18,524 bases of DNA from positions 1 to 18,524 of the forward strand of contig CAWJRJ010000006.1 of assembly GCA_963845245.1 (NCBI GenBank). The letters run 5' to 3'. The notes beneath the pieces are model-generated. The model was not told where the DNA came from. It ran no database searches and saw only the letters and a program-made list of their open reading frames with translations. This document shows positions 9,370 through 18,524 of this stretch, piece after piece; the stretch's first letter is position 1; every line of letters starts with the position of its first letter. Origin of the DNA: Nitrospirota bacterium (lineage in GTDB: Bacteria > Nitrospirota > JACRHJ01). Both the position numbers and the translations under genes were made by a program.

Positions 9370-9771
9370 TTAAACGAGGGCCTTTTTTATTTTCTCTTGT
9401 AGTTCCGGGGAGAGCTTCCTTGGACGTCCTTCAATATCGACAAATGCGTGACTGGTAGTACCTTCCACCAGTTTGATCCCGTCTCTTATTATCTCATACG
9501 TAAATCCAAGCCTGATGCCCTTGAATTCCGATATTGTCGTCCTTATGGTAAGGACGTCATCATATCTTGCCGGTTTGTGGTATTTGCAGGAAGCCTCCAG
9601 GACGGGTAGCATGTACCCCATGTCCTCAAGCTCCTTGTAGGCCATGCCCGATGACCTTATGTACTCTGTCCTCCCGATCTCAAAGTAGATTAGGTAGTTG
9701 GCATAATAGACGAAACCCATCCTGTCCGTCTCTGCGTAGGTCACCCTGTGTTCGAATTCGAAATGTTTCAT
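9370..9771 (-). CDS. Acyl-CoA thioesterase, YbgC/FadM (4HBT hotdog-fold) family, 133 aa
   Basis: Likely start at ATG 9771 (MKHFEFEHRVTYAETDRMGFVYYANYLIYFEIGRTE), plus YHKPARYDDVL. The ORF-track extension to 9930 runs through a terminator and is probably not translated. Confidence 0.9.
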   Translation of the reverse strand: MKHFEFEHRVTYAETDRMGFVYYANYLIYFEIGRTEYIRSSGMAYKELEDMGYMLPVLEASCKYHKPARYDDVLTIRTTISEFKGIRLGFTYEIIRDGIKLVEGTTSHAFVDIEGRPRKLSPELQEKIKKALV

Positions 9772-9882
9772 TAAAGAGAGGTTTGTCCTTTCTTGAAAAA
9801 ATAAGGGATTGATGTTGGAATGACTATGTCTCAGAATGATAAGTCGCTTCTCTGATAAATTCAAGTGATTATAGCCGAGAGG

Positions 9883-9914
9883 AAAAAAAAGAGGGCGGAA
9901 TTTCTTCCGCCCTC
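9883..9914 (-). terminator. Rho-independent terminator of the large multicopper oxidase gene
   Basis: The - strand reads GAGGGCGGAA-GAAA-TTCCGCCCTC-TTTTTTTT: a perfect 10-bp stem with a U8 tail, 26 nt after the stop codon. Confidence 0.9.
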
Positions 9915-9940
9915 CTGAAATAGCAGTCATGCCCGCTTAA

Positions 9941-12900
9941 TCAAGGCTGCGTAGTGGCAGATATCGCAGAGCTGTACGGGCCGAGTCCCGTAGAGGTCCT
10001 GGTTGCGATACGGAACCAGTAGGTAATGCCACGTGTCAAGCCGGTGATAGTCCTGGAAGATGTGGACCCACCGGAGACGCTATAAGATCCAACGCCAGAC
10101 GTGAAGGTTGCGTTCCTCGCACGTTGGATTGAGTAGCCCGTTGGTGTCAGTCCACTTGCGGGTGGAGTGGCTGTCCAGGTGAGGGGTACGGTGGTTGTGG
10201 TCGTGACGCCAGCGGCAAAATTCAAAGGAGCAGGCAGCTGCAGGTAGCCCGTGGTGATATTAGCTGTATTGGAGTTTGCAGAGTTGCCTACTGAGTTAAA
10301 TGCGAATACTCTGTACCAGTACCTGGTCCTTGGCGCGACCGTTGTGTCAGTGTATGTAGTTACGTTCGGGCCGACCGAGCCTAGTGTTGCCGGGCCAGTG
10401 AAGGAGGAGTTCGACGCCCTCAGGACCGTGAAGCCGGCCTCATTGTTTGAACGGTCAGTCCATCGCAGTGTCACTGTCGGTGCTCCTGATGCATCGTAGG
10501 TCCGCGTGAGAGCCAGGTTGCTTGGCGCGATGGGGAGAACATTCGGGATCGCGCTATTTGACTCAGCCGACGGTAGGCTGTTACCAAAAATGTTTGTTGC
10601 AACTACCGTGAACGTATAGGCAGTGCCGTTTGTCAACCCAGTAACAGTAACAGAGGTAGCGGCCGCTCCCAGCACTGTAGCTGTTATAGGCTGTGCTACA
10701 GTGCCTATATATGCGGTAGCAGTGTACGATATAATCGGGCTCCCGCCGTCATTGACAGGCGCTGTGAAGGTTACGGTTGCCTGCGCGTTGCCAGGTGTTG
10801 CAGTCCCTATTGTCGGCGGATAAGGCACCCCGAGCGGTATTATACTGTTGGACTGTGCCGACGGCAGGCTGTTTCCTGCCAGGTTCGTTGCAACTACCGT
10901 AAACGTATATGCAACACCGTTTGTCAGCCCTGTGATGGTATGTGTGAGTGTCAGTGAACCCGCGTTGGAGTCAACACCGGCCGCACCGCCAAGGCCAGGT
11001 ATTGGTGTCACTGTGTAGCCTGTAATCGGGCTGCCGCCGTCAAAGGCAGGCGCGGTGAAGGCTACGGTTGCCGTAGTGTTGCCTGCTGTCGCAACCCCTA
11101 TTGTCGGCGCATCAGGCACCGTGTACGGTATTACGGCGTTTGACATCCCCGACGGAGTACTGCTTCCGCCCAGGTTCGTCGCAACTACCGTGAAGGTGTA
11201 GGCGACTCCGTTAGTAAGCCCGGTAACAGTTACAGAAGTAGCGGCCGCTCCCAGCACTGTAGCTGTTATAGGCTGTGCTACATTGCCTATATATGCGGTA
11301 GCAGTGTACGATATGATCGGGCTGCCGCCGTCAAAAGCAGGCGGTGTGAAGTTTACGATTGCCTGCGCATTGCCAGGTGTTGCAGTCCCTATTGTCGGAG
11401 GATCAGGTAACGTGAACGGCGTTACGCTGTTGGATGGAGCCGATGGCAGGCTGTTTCCAAACGCGTTTGTTGCCGTTACCGTAAAGGTATAGGCGACTCC
11501 GAGAGGAAGCCCTGTGATGGTATGCGTGAGTGCGGTCGTGCCGGCATTTAAGTCAGTTCCTAATACACTGCCCGTAGCAGGTATTACTGTCACGGTGTAG
11601 CCAGTGATTGCGCTTCCTCCATTTGAGATAGGCGGAAAGAACTTAACGGTAGCCGATGCGATCCCTGCCGTTGCTGTCACTGACAATGGCGCATCCGGAA
11701 CTTTGGGCGTCCCGAGTATGAATGCAACCGGTCTCATCATGTCGTTTTCTTCGTGGCCCAGTAGGTGGCAGTGCAGGACATACTCCCAACCCAGGTTAAC
11801 ATAGTTGTCAACTAGTTGAGGGTTGCCTGTCGCCGGGTCAGTGACACTGATGGTGGCATGCAAAGGCTGTGTCACGTCCAGCGGACGTACACTGTCCGGA
11901 ACTGTAAACGGTAGCGTTGGCGCGACCGGCTGCAACGCCACGATACAGTCCTCCAGCGGGTTCATCAGGACGGTTTCCTTCCAGCCGAGTTCGTTTGGTG
12001 CAGGCGGTTTTATTGCTCCATCCCAGCCTACACGGTTGATCAACTGCACATTGAACAGGTGGAAATGGATCGCATGCGTATCGACGCCGTTATGGGTTAT
12101 CTTCCATATCTGGACCTCGCCGTTGTTAATCGTCTCGGTGAGCGGGTCGATGTAACCCAACGGGATCGTTACCTGGATATTGAAATTGGTTCCCGGAACT
12201 TCTAGGCCCATCGTGGCGTTCATTCGGCCATAATTAAGCTCAAAAAGCTCCTGTATGGCCTTCGGTTCCATCGGAGTCGTAATCGGCGCGGATGCCCCGG
12301 CCGGTGTGTAGTTCAGGGAGGTGTCCTGGATCCTAGAGTACGTGTCCGTGAAGGTGGCATTGAAAGGTTGGTTATAAGTTGACTCCGGAACTATTGGAGC
12401 TGCCTGGGTTGTGGTGTAGGCGGCTGGCCAGGCTGCCTCCAACGCGGCCAGGTTGAATGGCGCGGTAGCCGTCCCTGAAACCTGGAACTGCATGACGGTA
12501 CGGGTGTTGGGCCCGTAGCCAGGGAGCGTAGTGGGCGCGCCCCCGGTCGAGGTCTGGTCCGGGTCGCCCGAGTAGTAGTCGATGCGCGAGTCGAAAGCAG
12601 GCATAGGCGCTGGAGCGTCGTTATACATGATAACGTTATTAACCCCGGCCGGGACCTGGGAGAAGTCGACTATGACGTCCGCCCGCTCGGCAGGCCCAAG
12701 ATAGAGTGCCTTCTCTTGGACATTCAGCACCGTTATGCTCCTGCGGTTGTATTCATAACCGACAGGCCTGTTTGGAATAACAACGGGAGCCGGAAGGAAC
12801 CCGCCTTCGGTGCCTATCTGTATGAAATTCGGGCCCATCGCGGTCGGGTCGGGGAAGCCGCCGTCCCTTCCGTCCGGCATAGGCCAGCCCGCCGGCCATG

Positions 12901-15151
12901 CCGTAGTCGTGGACGCTGGTATCATCTTGACTTCCGTATTGGGCGATGCAATGGCAAGGGCGCCAGTTCCGCCGCCGCCAGAGATTGTAACGGTTGGGGC
13001 GGTGGTGTAGCCCGTCCCTGCACTTGTAACGGTGAGCCCGTTCACGACCCCGGTCAATGCCGCCGTCGCAGTTGCCGCCGTGGTGGCGCCGCCGCCCGAG
13101 AAGGATACTGCAGGCGCAGTGGTGTAACCTGAGCCTCCGGTTACAACCGTAACGGCGGTAACCGCGCCTCCAACCACCGTTGCTACCGCGGACGCTCCTA
13201 TGCCGCCGCCGCCAGTGATGTAGACGGTAGGAGCGGAGGTGTAGCCGACGCCACCGGTCTGGACAGCGATGCTGTTGACTACGTTTGTTATCGTCGCAGT
13301 CGCCGAGGCAGTGCCGCTTGAGAAGATTACACTAGGAGCGGAGGTATATCCGGAGCCCCCCGAGATAAGTGTGAGGCCCAATGGGTCCGCATAATAGAGC
13401 TGCAGGTTGAGGTAGCGGTCGTTGCAGGCGTTAAGTATACGGAACCTGTAAGGTTGACGCGTCACCGGGAGTACCGGGTAGGCGGTGCCGTTTACGACCG
13501 GTGTGTCCATGAAAGATTCCGGTGTGCCGGATGGGTTTGGCGTCCCGGGGTTCACAGGCCCTTCAGCGGGCGTAGTGCCTGCGAGCGGGTTCGTGACCTC
13601 GCCATGTTTCAGGCCGGCTGCTATTGTGACCGGGGGCCAGAACCATGGGCCGTAATCCCATCTGCCGCATGGGTTTGCACCGGAGAGGTCCGCCGGGTTC
13701 TGGTTAGTCATATAGACATGCGGGAACCACAGGTTGCCTTCCCCTGCCCATTTCCAGGTGGGGTCTTCGGCGGTCAGTTGTGCAGCGTTCGGCACGAAGG
13801 TCTTGTCCTGGATAATCAGGGGTATGCCCCAATGGTTGACGCCGCCAAGGTCAGGTATGGCTTTTACAAGCCCCGGGTTGATGCCCGAAGCGTTTGTCCC
13901 GGATATCAGGTCCTCTTCGACCTTGTCCGATATCAGGTAGCCGGCCGCCTCGCCCGCATAGACGCCCAGACGAGTTGTACCGTAGGCATGTTCGTGGTAG
14001 AACATCAGCCTGGCGCTCTGCTGGTTGGTGTAATACAGAGTGACCGAACCCTGGCCGGGGTCGTTCGTAGCTCCGTTGGCCGGCGCAGATGGCGATGAGC
14101 CGGCTATCACGTTACCTGACGCGTCAAACCACATGTCTGGCACGTTCTGGTAACTCAAGCCTCTGGCGTAGGAGCTTGTCTCTCCGAACGGAATAGTCCA
14201 CTGGTGCGGCGTGCCGTCGCTTATCCACGGTGTGGCTCCGCCGTGTAGATGGACGACCGCACGGTTCTGCAGATACATCTCGGACCCTCCGTTGGGTCCT
14301 GTCCCTGCTCCCATGTAAGTAGTGTCACAAGGGATGAATAGGTTGCCGCCGGCGCCTGTGGGCAGGTAGTTTGTGAATTTGATACGCACGGGCTTCCCGG
14401 CTTGGGCCAGGATAACCGGTCCAAGATATTGGGGCGGGTCTACCGCAAAGACCGGGCTTCCGGCTGCATTTAATATCGGAGAGCCGTTAGGATAAGTCAG
14501 GGGATAATGTTTGCTGACTGCGGCGATAGCCGGAGTCTCAATCTGCACATAACCGCGTAACTTGGTGCCTGTCGCAGGCAGGTCCGAGTGCATCTTTATT
14601 GTATATTCGACCAATGCGATCTCGTAATAATCGGCTGCCGGTGCAGTATATTTTGTCGATCCTGTCATATTTGTGAAAGGATATGTGGTTATATCCGCCA
14701 CCGCTACCGGTATGTACTGTCCGAGTCCGTTTGTAACGGCGGGTGCCGTACTCGGAAGCGACAAGACAGGCATCTGGTCGACGAATTTTCTAATACCTCC
14801 GGTTATGGCTCCGGTGGCCGGGTTGAGTGTAGGGAGCTGGCTGTTGGCGTAATTGGGTATAGTGCCGAAATAATCCGTGGTGGTCATTGGAGTAAATGGC
14901 GCGGCAACTAAGCTGATTCGTGTACTCTGTGTGACCTTTGTTCCCGCACGGGCCGCGGCGGCGCGGGCTGCAGCCTCCTTCCGTTGTTGGGATTTCATCA
15001 GGCTTCTCATAAACGGCTGGCCGGTAGCGGGGTTGATCGCTGGGTCTGTCGGCGGCTGTAAATCCGCTTGGGCAAGTCCTGCTCCCAAGGGAAGGGTCGC
15101 GGCAAAAGTTATTGCCGCAAATGTAAATAATAATTTCTTGATTATACCCAT
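9941..15151 (-). CDS. Large secreted multicopper oxidase with six C-terminal fibronectin type III domains (MofA/OmpB-like), 1736 aa
   Basis: RBS AGGAGG; signal peptide ending AGLAQA. Cu motifs: HLH (14243-14251), HEH (13988-13996), HAIHFH (12059-12076) and [13 protein letters not shown] (11735-11773). FN3 repeats of the form P.AP....ATAG...ATV.F..P...GGS.I..YT...GLTNG.AYTFTV.ATN..G.S.PS..SN. Confidence 0.93.
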   Translation of the reverse strand: MGIIKKLLFTFAAITFAATLPLGAGLAQADLQPPTDPAINPATGQPFMRSLMKSQQRKEAAARAAAARAGTKVTQSTRISLVAAPFTPMTTTDYFGTIPNYANSQLPTLNPATGAITGGIRKFVDQMPVLSLPSTAPAVTNGLGQYIPVAVADITTYPFTNMTGSTKYTAPAADYYEIALVEYTIKMHSDLPATGTKLRGYVQIETPAIAAVSKHYPLTYPNGSPILNAAGSPVFAVDPPQYLGPVILAQAGKPVRIKFTNYLPTGAGGNLFIPCDTTYMGAGTGPNGGSEMYLQNRAVVHLHGGATPWISDGTPHQWTIPFGETSSYARGLSYQNVPDMWFDASGNVIAGSSPSAPANGATNDPGQGSVTLYYTNQQSARLMFYHEHAYGTTRLGVYAGEAAGYLISDKVEEDLISGTNASGINPGLVKAIPDLGGVNHWGIPLIIQDKTFVPNAAQLTAEDPTWKWAGEGNLWFPHVYMTNQNPADLSGANPCGRWDYGPWFWPPVTIAAGLKHGEVTNPLAGTTPAEGPVNPGTPNPSGTPESFMDTPVVNGTAYPVLPVTRQPYRFRILNACNDRYLNLQLYYADPLGLTLISGGSGYTSAPSVIFSSGTASATATITNVVNSIAVQTGGVGYTSAPTVYITGGGGIGASAVATVVGGAVTAVTVVTGGSGYTTAPAVSFSGGGATTAATATAALTGVVNGLTVTSAGTGYTTAPTVTISGGGGTGALAIASPNTEVKMIPASTTTAWPAGWPMPDGRDGGFPDPTAMGPNFIQIGTEGGFLPAPVVIPNRPVGYEYNRRSITVLNVQEKALYLGPAERADVIVDFSQVPAGVNNVIMYNDAPAPMPAFDSRIDYYSGDPDQTSTGGAPTTLPGYGPNTRTVMQFQVSGTATAPFNLAALEAAWPAAYTTTQAAPIVPESTYNQPFNATFTDTYSRIQDTSLNYTPAGASAPITTPMEPKAIQELFELNYGRMNATMGLEVPGTNFNIQVTIPLGYIDPLTETINNGEVQIWKITHNGVDTHAIHFHLFNVQLINRVGWDGAIKPPAPNELGWKETVLMNPLEDCIVALQPVAPTLPFTVPDSVRPLDVTQPLHATISVTDPATGNPQLVDNYVNLGWEYVLHCHLLGHEENDMMRPVAFILGTPKVPDAPLSVTATAGIASATVKFFPPISNGGSAITGYTVTVIPATGSVLGTDLNAGTTALTHTITGLPLGVAYTFTVTATNAFGNSLPSAPSNSVTPFTLPDPPTIGTATPGNAQAIVNFTPPAFDGGSPIISYTATAYIGNVAQPITATVLGAAATSVTVTGLTNGVAYTFTVVATNLGGSSTPSGMSNAVIPYTVPDAPTIGVATAGNTTATVAFTAPAFDGGSPITGYTVTPIPGLGGAAGVDSNAGSLTLTHTITGLTNGVAYTFTVVATNLAGNSLPSAQSNSIIPLGVPYPPTIGTATPGNAQATVTFTAPVNDGGSPIISYTATAYIGTVAQPITATVLGAAATSVTVTGLTNGTAYTFTVVATNIFGNSLPSAESNSAIPNVLPIAPSNLALTRTYDASGAPTVTLRWTDRSNNEAGFTVLRASNSSFTGPATLGSVGPNVTTYTDTTVAPRTRYWYRVFAFNSVGNSANSNTANITTGYLQLPAPLNFAAGVTTTTTVPLTWTATPPASGLTPTGYSIQRARNATFTSGVGSYSVSGGSTSSRTITGLTRGITYWFRIATRTSTGLGPYSSAISATTQP
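9944..11700 (-). repeat. Array of six FN3 domains; the first four form an A-B-A-B duplication with a 582-bp period
   Basis: 10656-10700 and 11238-11282 are identical over 45 nt, followed by one mismatch and 31 more identical nt. At protein level, [34 protein letters not shown] occurs twice and NAG...LTHTITGL occurs twice. Confidence 0.9.
12941..13381 (-). repeat. Four tandem ~35-40-aa Gly/Thr/Ala-rich repeats ([11 protein letters not shown]) inserted in the oxidase core
   Basis: [36 protein letters not shown] and [12 protein letters not shown] lie between YYADP and NTEVKM. Confidence 0.85.
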
Positions 15152-15156
15152 ACTTT

Positions 15157-15162
15157 CCTCCT
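15157..15162 (-). promoter_or_regulatory. Shine-Dalgarno site of the large multicopper oxidase gene
   Basis: The - strand reads AGGAGG-AAAGT-ATG. Confidence 0.85.
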
Positions 15163-15534
15163 ATTTCGATAACCTGGAAGGTCGCTTCCATCCAGATACC
15201 TTGATGCTCACTACATTCTGGCAAAAGGAAATAAAGCTGCCAATATCAAATAAAACGGTGCCTCCTTTCTTTTGATAAGCAGGTTTGATAACTAAATATT
15301 TGGGGGGTAATAGAGCGTCAAAACTAGATTGATTAAAACATATCAATCATTTTTAATTCTGTCAAGTTAACATGATTGAACTAATGGGAGGGGGTATGTC
15401 TAAATTTTTCAATCAGTTATTATGGCTAATAAGCTAAAAATACTTTGGTAATGTTTTTAATAAAAGTCAATATTAAATAGTAATCGGAAATGCTTTTAAT
15501 AATCATACTCGGGACTGGGTAAATATATTGGAAT

Positions 15535-15562
15535 AAAAAAGAGGAGGGATTTCTCCCTCCCC
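15535..15562 (-). terminator. Rho-independent terminator of the second multicopper oxidase gene
   Basis: The - strand reads GGGGAGGGA-GAAA-TCCCTCCTC-TTTTTT: a 9-bp stem with one G-U pair, 21 nt after the stop codon. Confidence 0.85.
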
Positions 15563-15583
15563 GACGAAAATTGATCCAGCGAG

Positions 15584-17866
15584 CTACGGTAGTGTCTTAA
15601 CGGCTGCAATGTTGGAGAATGGGGAGTCGCCGACAGCGTTGTTGGCCTGTACCCTGTAGTAGTACTTAGTGCCCCTCGCTACAGTGGTATCGGTGTAGGC
15701 GGTAATCCCCGCTCCGGTGTGGAATGTCGCCACCGTCGTGAAGGCGGTGTTCGCCGACCTCTGGATAGTGAACCCGGTCTCATTATTGGAGTTCTGCGTC
15801 CAGGTCAAGCGCACGGTCGGCGGGTCCACAATTGCGGCAGACGGAGTCCCAACGAGTTTCGAAGGCGCCGCCGGGGCGGTGTTCGTAGGAGTCACGATGT
15901 TTGATTGGGCCGATGCGGGGCCATCCCCGTTCGCATTCGTCGCAATCACCCTGAACGAGTAGAGGGTGTTGTTGGTCAGCCCAGTCACCGTTATCGGGCT
16001 TGCGGCCCCTGTGGTCGTTACTCCGCTGCTTGCGATAACCGTATACCCAGTTATAGCGCTGCCGCCGTCGGCAGGAGCGGTGAAGTTCACAGTTGCGGTG
16101 GTATTGCCCGCCGTTGCTGTCACGCCGGCCGCCGCCGCCGGTATACCATCAAGCAGAGTCACGAGGCTGAATACAATCGGTCGCATCATGTCGTTTTCTT
16201 CATGGCCCAGCAGATGGCAGTGCCATACATACTCCCAGCCGAAGTTGGTCAGGTGCGTTGGTGACGCTAATCGCCGGTTCCGTTACAGGGTCTATGCTGC
16301 TGAACGATTCATGGTGGAACCCATCGGCCTGTGTCAGATCCAGCAGGCGAATGCTGTTGGGAACCGCGAAGGGGAGACCCGTTGGTGCAACTGGCCTCAA
16401 CGCAACAATCGCGTCTTCCAGCGGGTTCATCCTGACGGTTTCCTTCCAGCCCAGTTCGTTGGGGTCCGGCGGCCTGATCGCCCCGTCCCAGCCGACCCGG
16501 TTGATCAACTGCACGTTGAACAGGTGGAAGTGTATGGCATGGGTGTCAACGCCGTTATGGGTGATCTTCCAGATCTGGGTTTCGCCGTCCTGTCAGTGAT
16601 CTCGGTGACCGGATCAATGTAGCCGTAGGGGATGGTCGTCTGGGTGTTGAAATTGGTAAACGGCAGCTCAACCCCCAGCGTGGCATTCATACGTCCATAA
16701 TTGAGTTCAAACAGCTCCTGTATGGCCTTCGGCCCCATCTGGACCGTTCCGCTATTTATGTCCAGGGAGGTGTCCTGAATCCTCGAATATGTGTTATTTG
16801 CCGCCCCATAGGCCACTTCCGGCACGATCGGAGTGGGCTGGGACTCGATGAAGGCTGCCGGCAACTGTGCCTGAAGGTTGGCCAGGTTATATGGAACCGG
16901 TTTTCCCTTAGTCGCCGCTTTCGTTACCACAAACTGCATTATGGTACGGGTGTTTGGCCCGTAGCCAGGCAGCGTGGAAGGCGCTCCGCCAATACTGGTC
17001 TGGTCCGGGTCGCCAGTGTAGTAGTCGAGGCGAGTGTCAAACGCCGGTACAGGGGCGGGCGCATCGTTATAGAGGATTATTTTTGAGCCGGGCTGGCTTT
17101 GGAGAAGTCAACTATGACGTCCGCACGTTCCGCAGGACCAAGAAACAATGTCTTGTTCTGCACATTCAGGACTACTATGTCCCTGCGGTTGTAGTTATAG
17201 CCTGACCGGCGTATTCGGCAGCACCGCCGGTGCCGGCAGGAAACCGCCCTCGGTACCGATCTGGATCATCGACGGGCCTGCCGTGGCCGGGTCAGGCACA
17301 CCGCCATCCCTGCCATCCGTGGGCCAGGTCGCAGGCCATTTCGTCGAGCCCGGATGCGGGATAGCGGGGACCATTTTGACTTCCGTGCGAATGTTGTTTG
17401 TCTGCATAATAAAGTTGCAGGTTCAACATACGGTCATTGCACCCGTTCAGTATCCGGAACCGGTAGGCCTTGGGCTCCACCGTCAGGACGGGGTACGGGG
17501 TGCCGTTGACCAGGGGTGTGTCCATAAAGGCTTCCGGCACCAGTGGACGGGTTGGGCGTCCCGGGTGAATGTCGGGTCGCCTAAGGGGCGTCGGTGCACG
17601 GGTTGGACTGGCGGATGCGCAGCAGGTGAGGCTGAACCGGAGGCCAGAACCAGGGCCGTAGTCCCACCTGCCCATCGCGTTTACGCCATCGAGTCGTCGA
17701 GCCGGGTTCTGGTTCGGCATATAGACGTGCGGGAACCAGAGGTCGCCGGTGTTGCCGGTATCGCCGGCGTTGTTCCCCAGTTCCAGGTGGGGTCCGTGAC
17801 TGGCAAGTTCGTGTGGCGTCGACAAAGGTCTTGTCCTGGATTATCGAGAGGTATGCCATAGCGGTA
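15584..17866 (-). pseudogene. Second multicopper oxidase-FN3 paralogue, 5'-truncated and multiply frameshifted (true pseudogene or sequencing/assembly artefact)
   Basis: Colinear pieces in shifting frames match the 1736-aa protein: [98 protein letters not shown] (16524-16541), [13 protein letters not shown] (16184-16222), then two FN3 domains. Shifts occur near 16260, 16592, 17090, 17200 and 17400, with several more in 17550-17850. Confidence 0.85.
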
Positions 17867-17873
17867 GCGGCGG

Positions 17874-17975
17874 CGGGGGGTGCTGCTGATGCGGTCGTAC
17901 ATGGATGTGGTGGAGTTTAACCCCAAAGGCAATCAGATTCATCTGGTCAAGTTTCGCAAGCAGGACAAAGGGTAA
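17874..17975 (+). pseudogene. 3' fragment of an RsbW/SpoIIAB-like anti-sigma factor Ser/Thr kinase (HATPase_c_2) gene
   Basis: The frame reads RGVLLMRSYMDVVEFNPKGNQIHLVKFRKQDKG-stop (TAA 17973-17975), matching the typical family C-terminus GRGhhhM+xhMDxVxfNxxGNxhxhxK. An in-frame TAG at 17865 and oxidase sequence lie upstream. Confidence 0.65.
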
Positions 17976-18524
17976 TTTATTTTCATGTCAGGTCGCAAAG
18001 TCGCAAAGAAATTTTTTTCCTACCGTTATACTTTCCCTATATTCGGACACGTACTATCCTTCTATGGGTGAAAAATGGGGGGGTGACTGAGGGCCAAATC
18101 GGGGTTTTGGGGGTTGCAAGTCTTTTGGCATGGAGGTTGCACGCATTTGTGGATGGCCGGGTTCTCAGGCATTTACCTAAGGTGTGGCTCTGTCAACATA
18201 GGGTTACAGCTGCCGGGGGAGCATGCAGCTTTCATTGTCATGTTGGATTGTCTGGAAACTGGGCAGGTAAAAATGGATATGGGATGTTGGATTCAGGGGA
18301 TGAACAGAGACAGGACAGGTCGCCTGTCGATGGTCTGATGGTCGCTGGTAAAAGGATGGGGATGGCGGATTGTTCCGGCCATGGGCTTGGTACTTCTGCT
18401 AACTGGTCCGTGGGTTTGGCCGGGCTGGTCCTTCGGTAAGGCGAGACGACAGTAGACCCCCATCAAACCGGGGACCGCATGGGTCCTCGTCACCTCGGAG
18501 TGTCTGGTTTGACTCGAAATCCCA

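Noticed and set aside
9868..9896. TATAAT on the - strand (9868-9873) as the thioesterase promoter
   Set aside because: No recognisable -35 element; the expected position falls inside the terminator stem. Possible but not supportable.
9772..9930. 53-aa N-terminal extension of the thioesterase in the ORF track
   Set aside because: It runs through the oxidase terminator, and family similarity starts at Met 9771.
15225..15262. Sigma54 promoter upstream of the oxidase (TGGCAGCTTTATTTC on the - strand)
   Set aside because: The -12 element reads TTTC rather than TTGC, so the near-invariant GC is missing.
17976..18524. ORFs 18068..18439, 18114..18338 and 18293..18493, a possible signal-peptide start near 18338, and the GTCGCAAA tandem at 17992-18007
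   Set aside because: No recognisable homology or motifs; the region is probably error-prone; a two-copy 8-mer is not informative.
1..18524. CRISPR array, tRNA/rRNA genes, transposase or integrase
   Set aside because: None seen; the long repeats found are coding repeats within the oxidase genes.

Overview
The left half (1-8909, + strand) is the 3' part of a respiratory complex I operon: nuoG-like (FdhF-type fold, truncated by the window edge), then nuoH, nuoI, nuoJ, nuoK, nuoL, nuoM, nuoN. Several of these genes are split by single-base indels that look like long-read sequencing errors, not real pseudogenisation. After nuoN, a near-consensus sigma70 promoter (8991-9018) points into about 340 nt with no convincing ORF. 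This stretch has three consecutive base-paired domains, is GGA-rich and ends in a T-tract; it is a candidate unannotated structured ncRNA. The - strand carries a YbgC/4HBT-family thioesterase and an intact 1736-aa secreted multicopper oxidase (MofA/OmpB-like) with all four Cu-binding motifs, a ~147-aa Gly/Thr-rich repeat insertion and six FN3 domains. A second, paralogous multicopper oxidase follows, frameshifted and lacking its 5' end, with no insertion and two FN3 domains. Near 17866 that paralogue joins abruptly to the 3' end of an RsbW-like anti-sigma kinase gene on the opposite strand, suggesting a deletion or a chimeric join. All assignments come from reading the sequence; no searches or folding programs were run.
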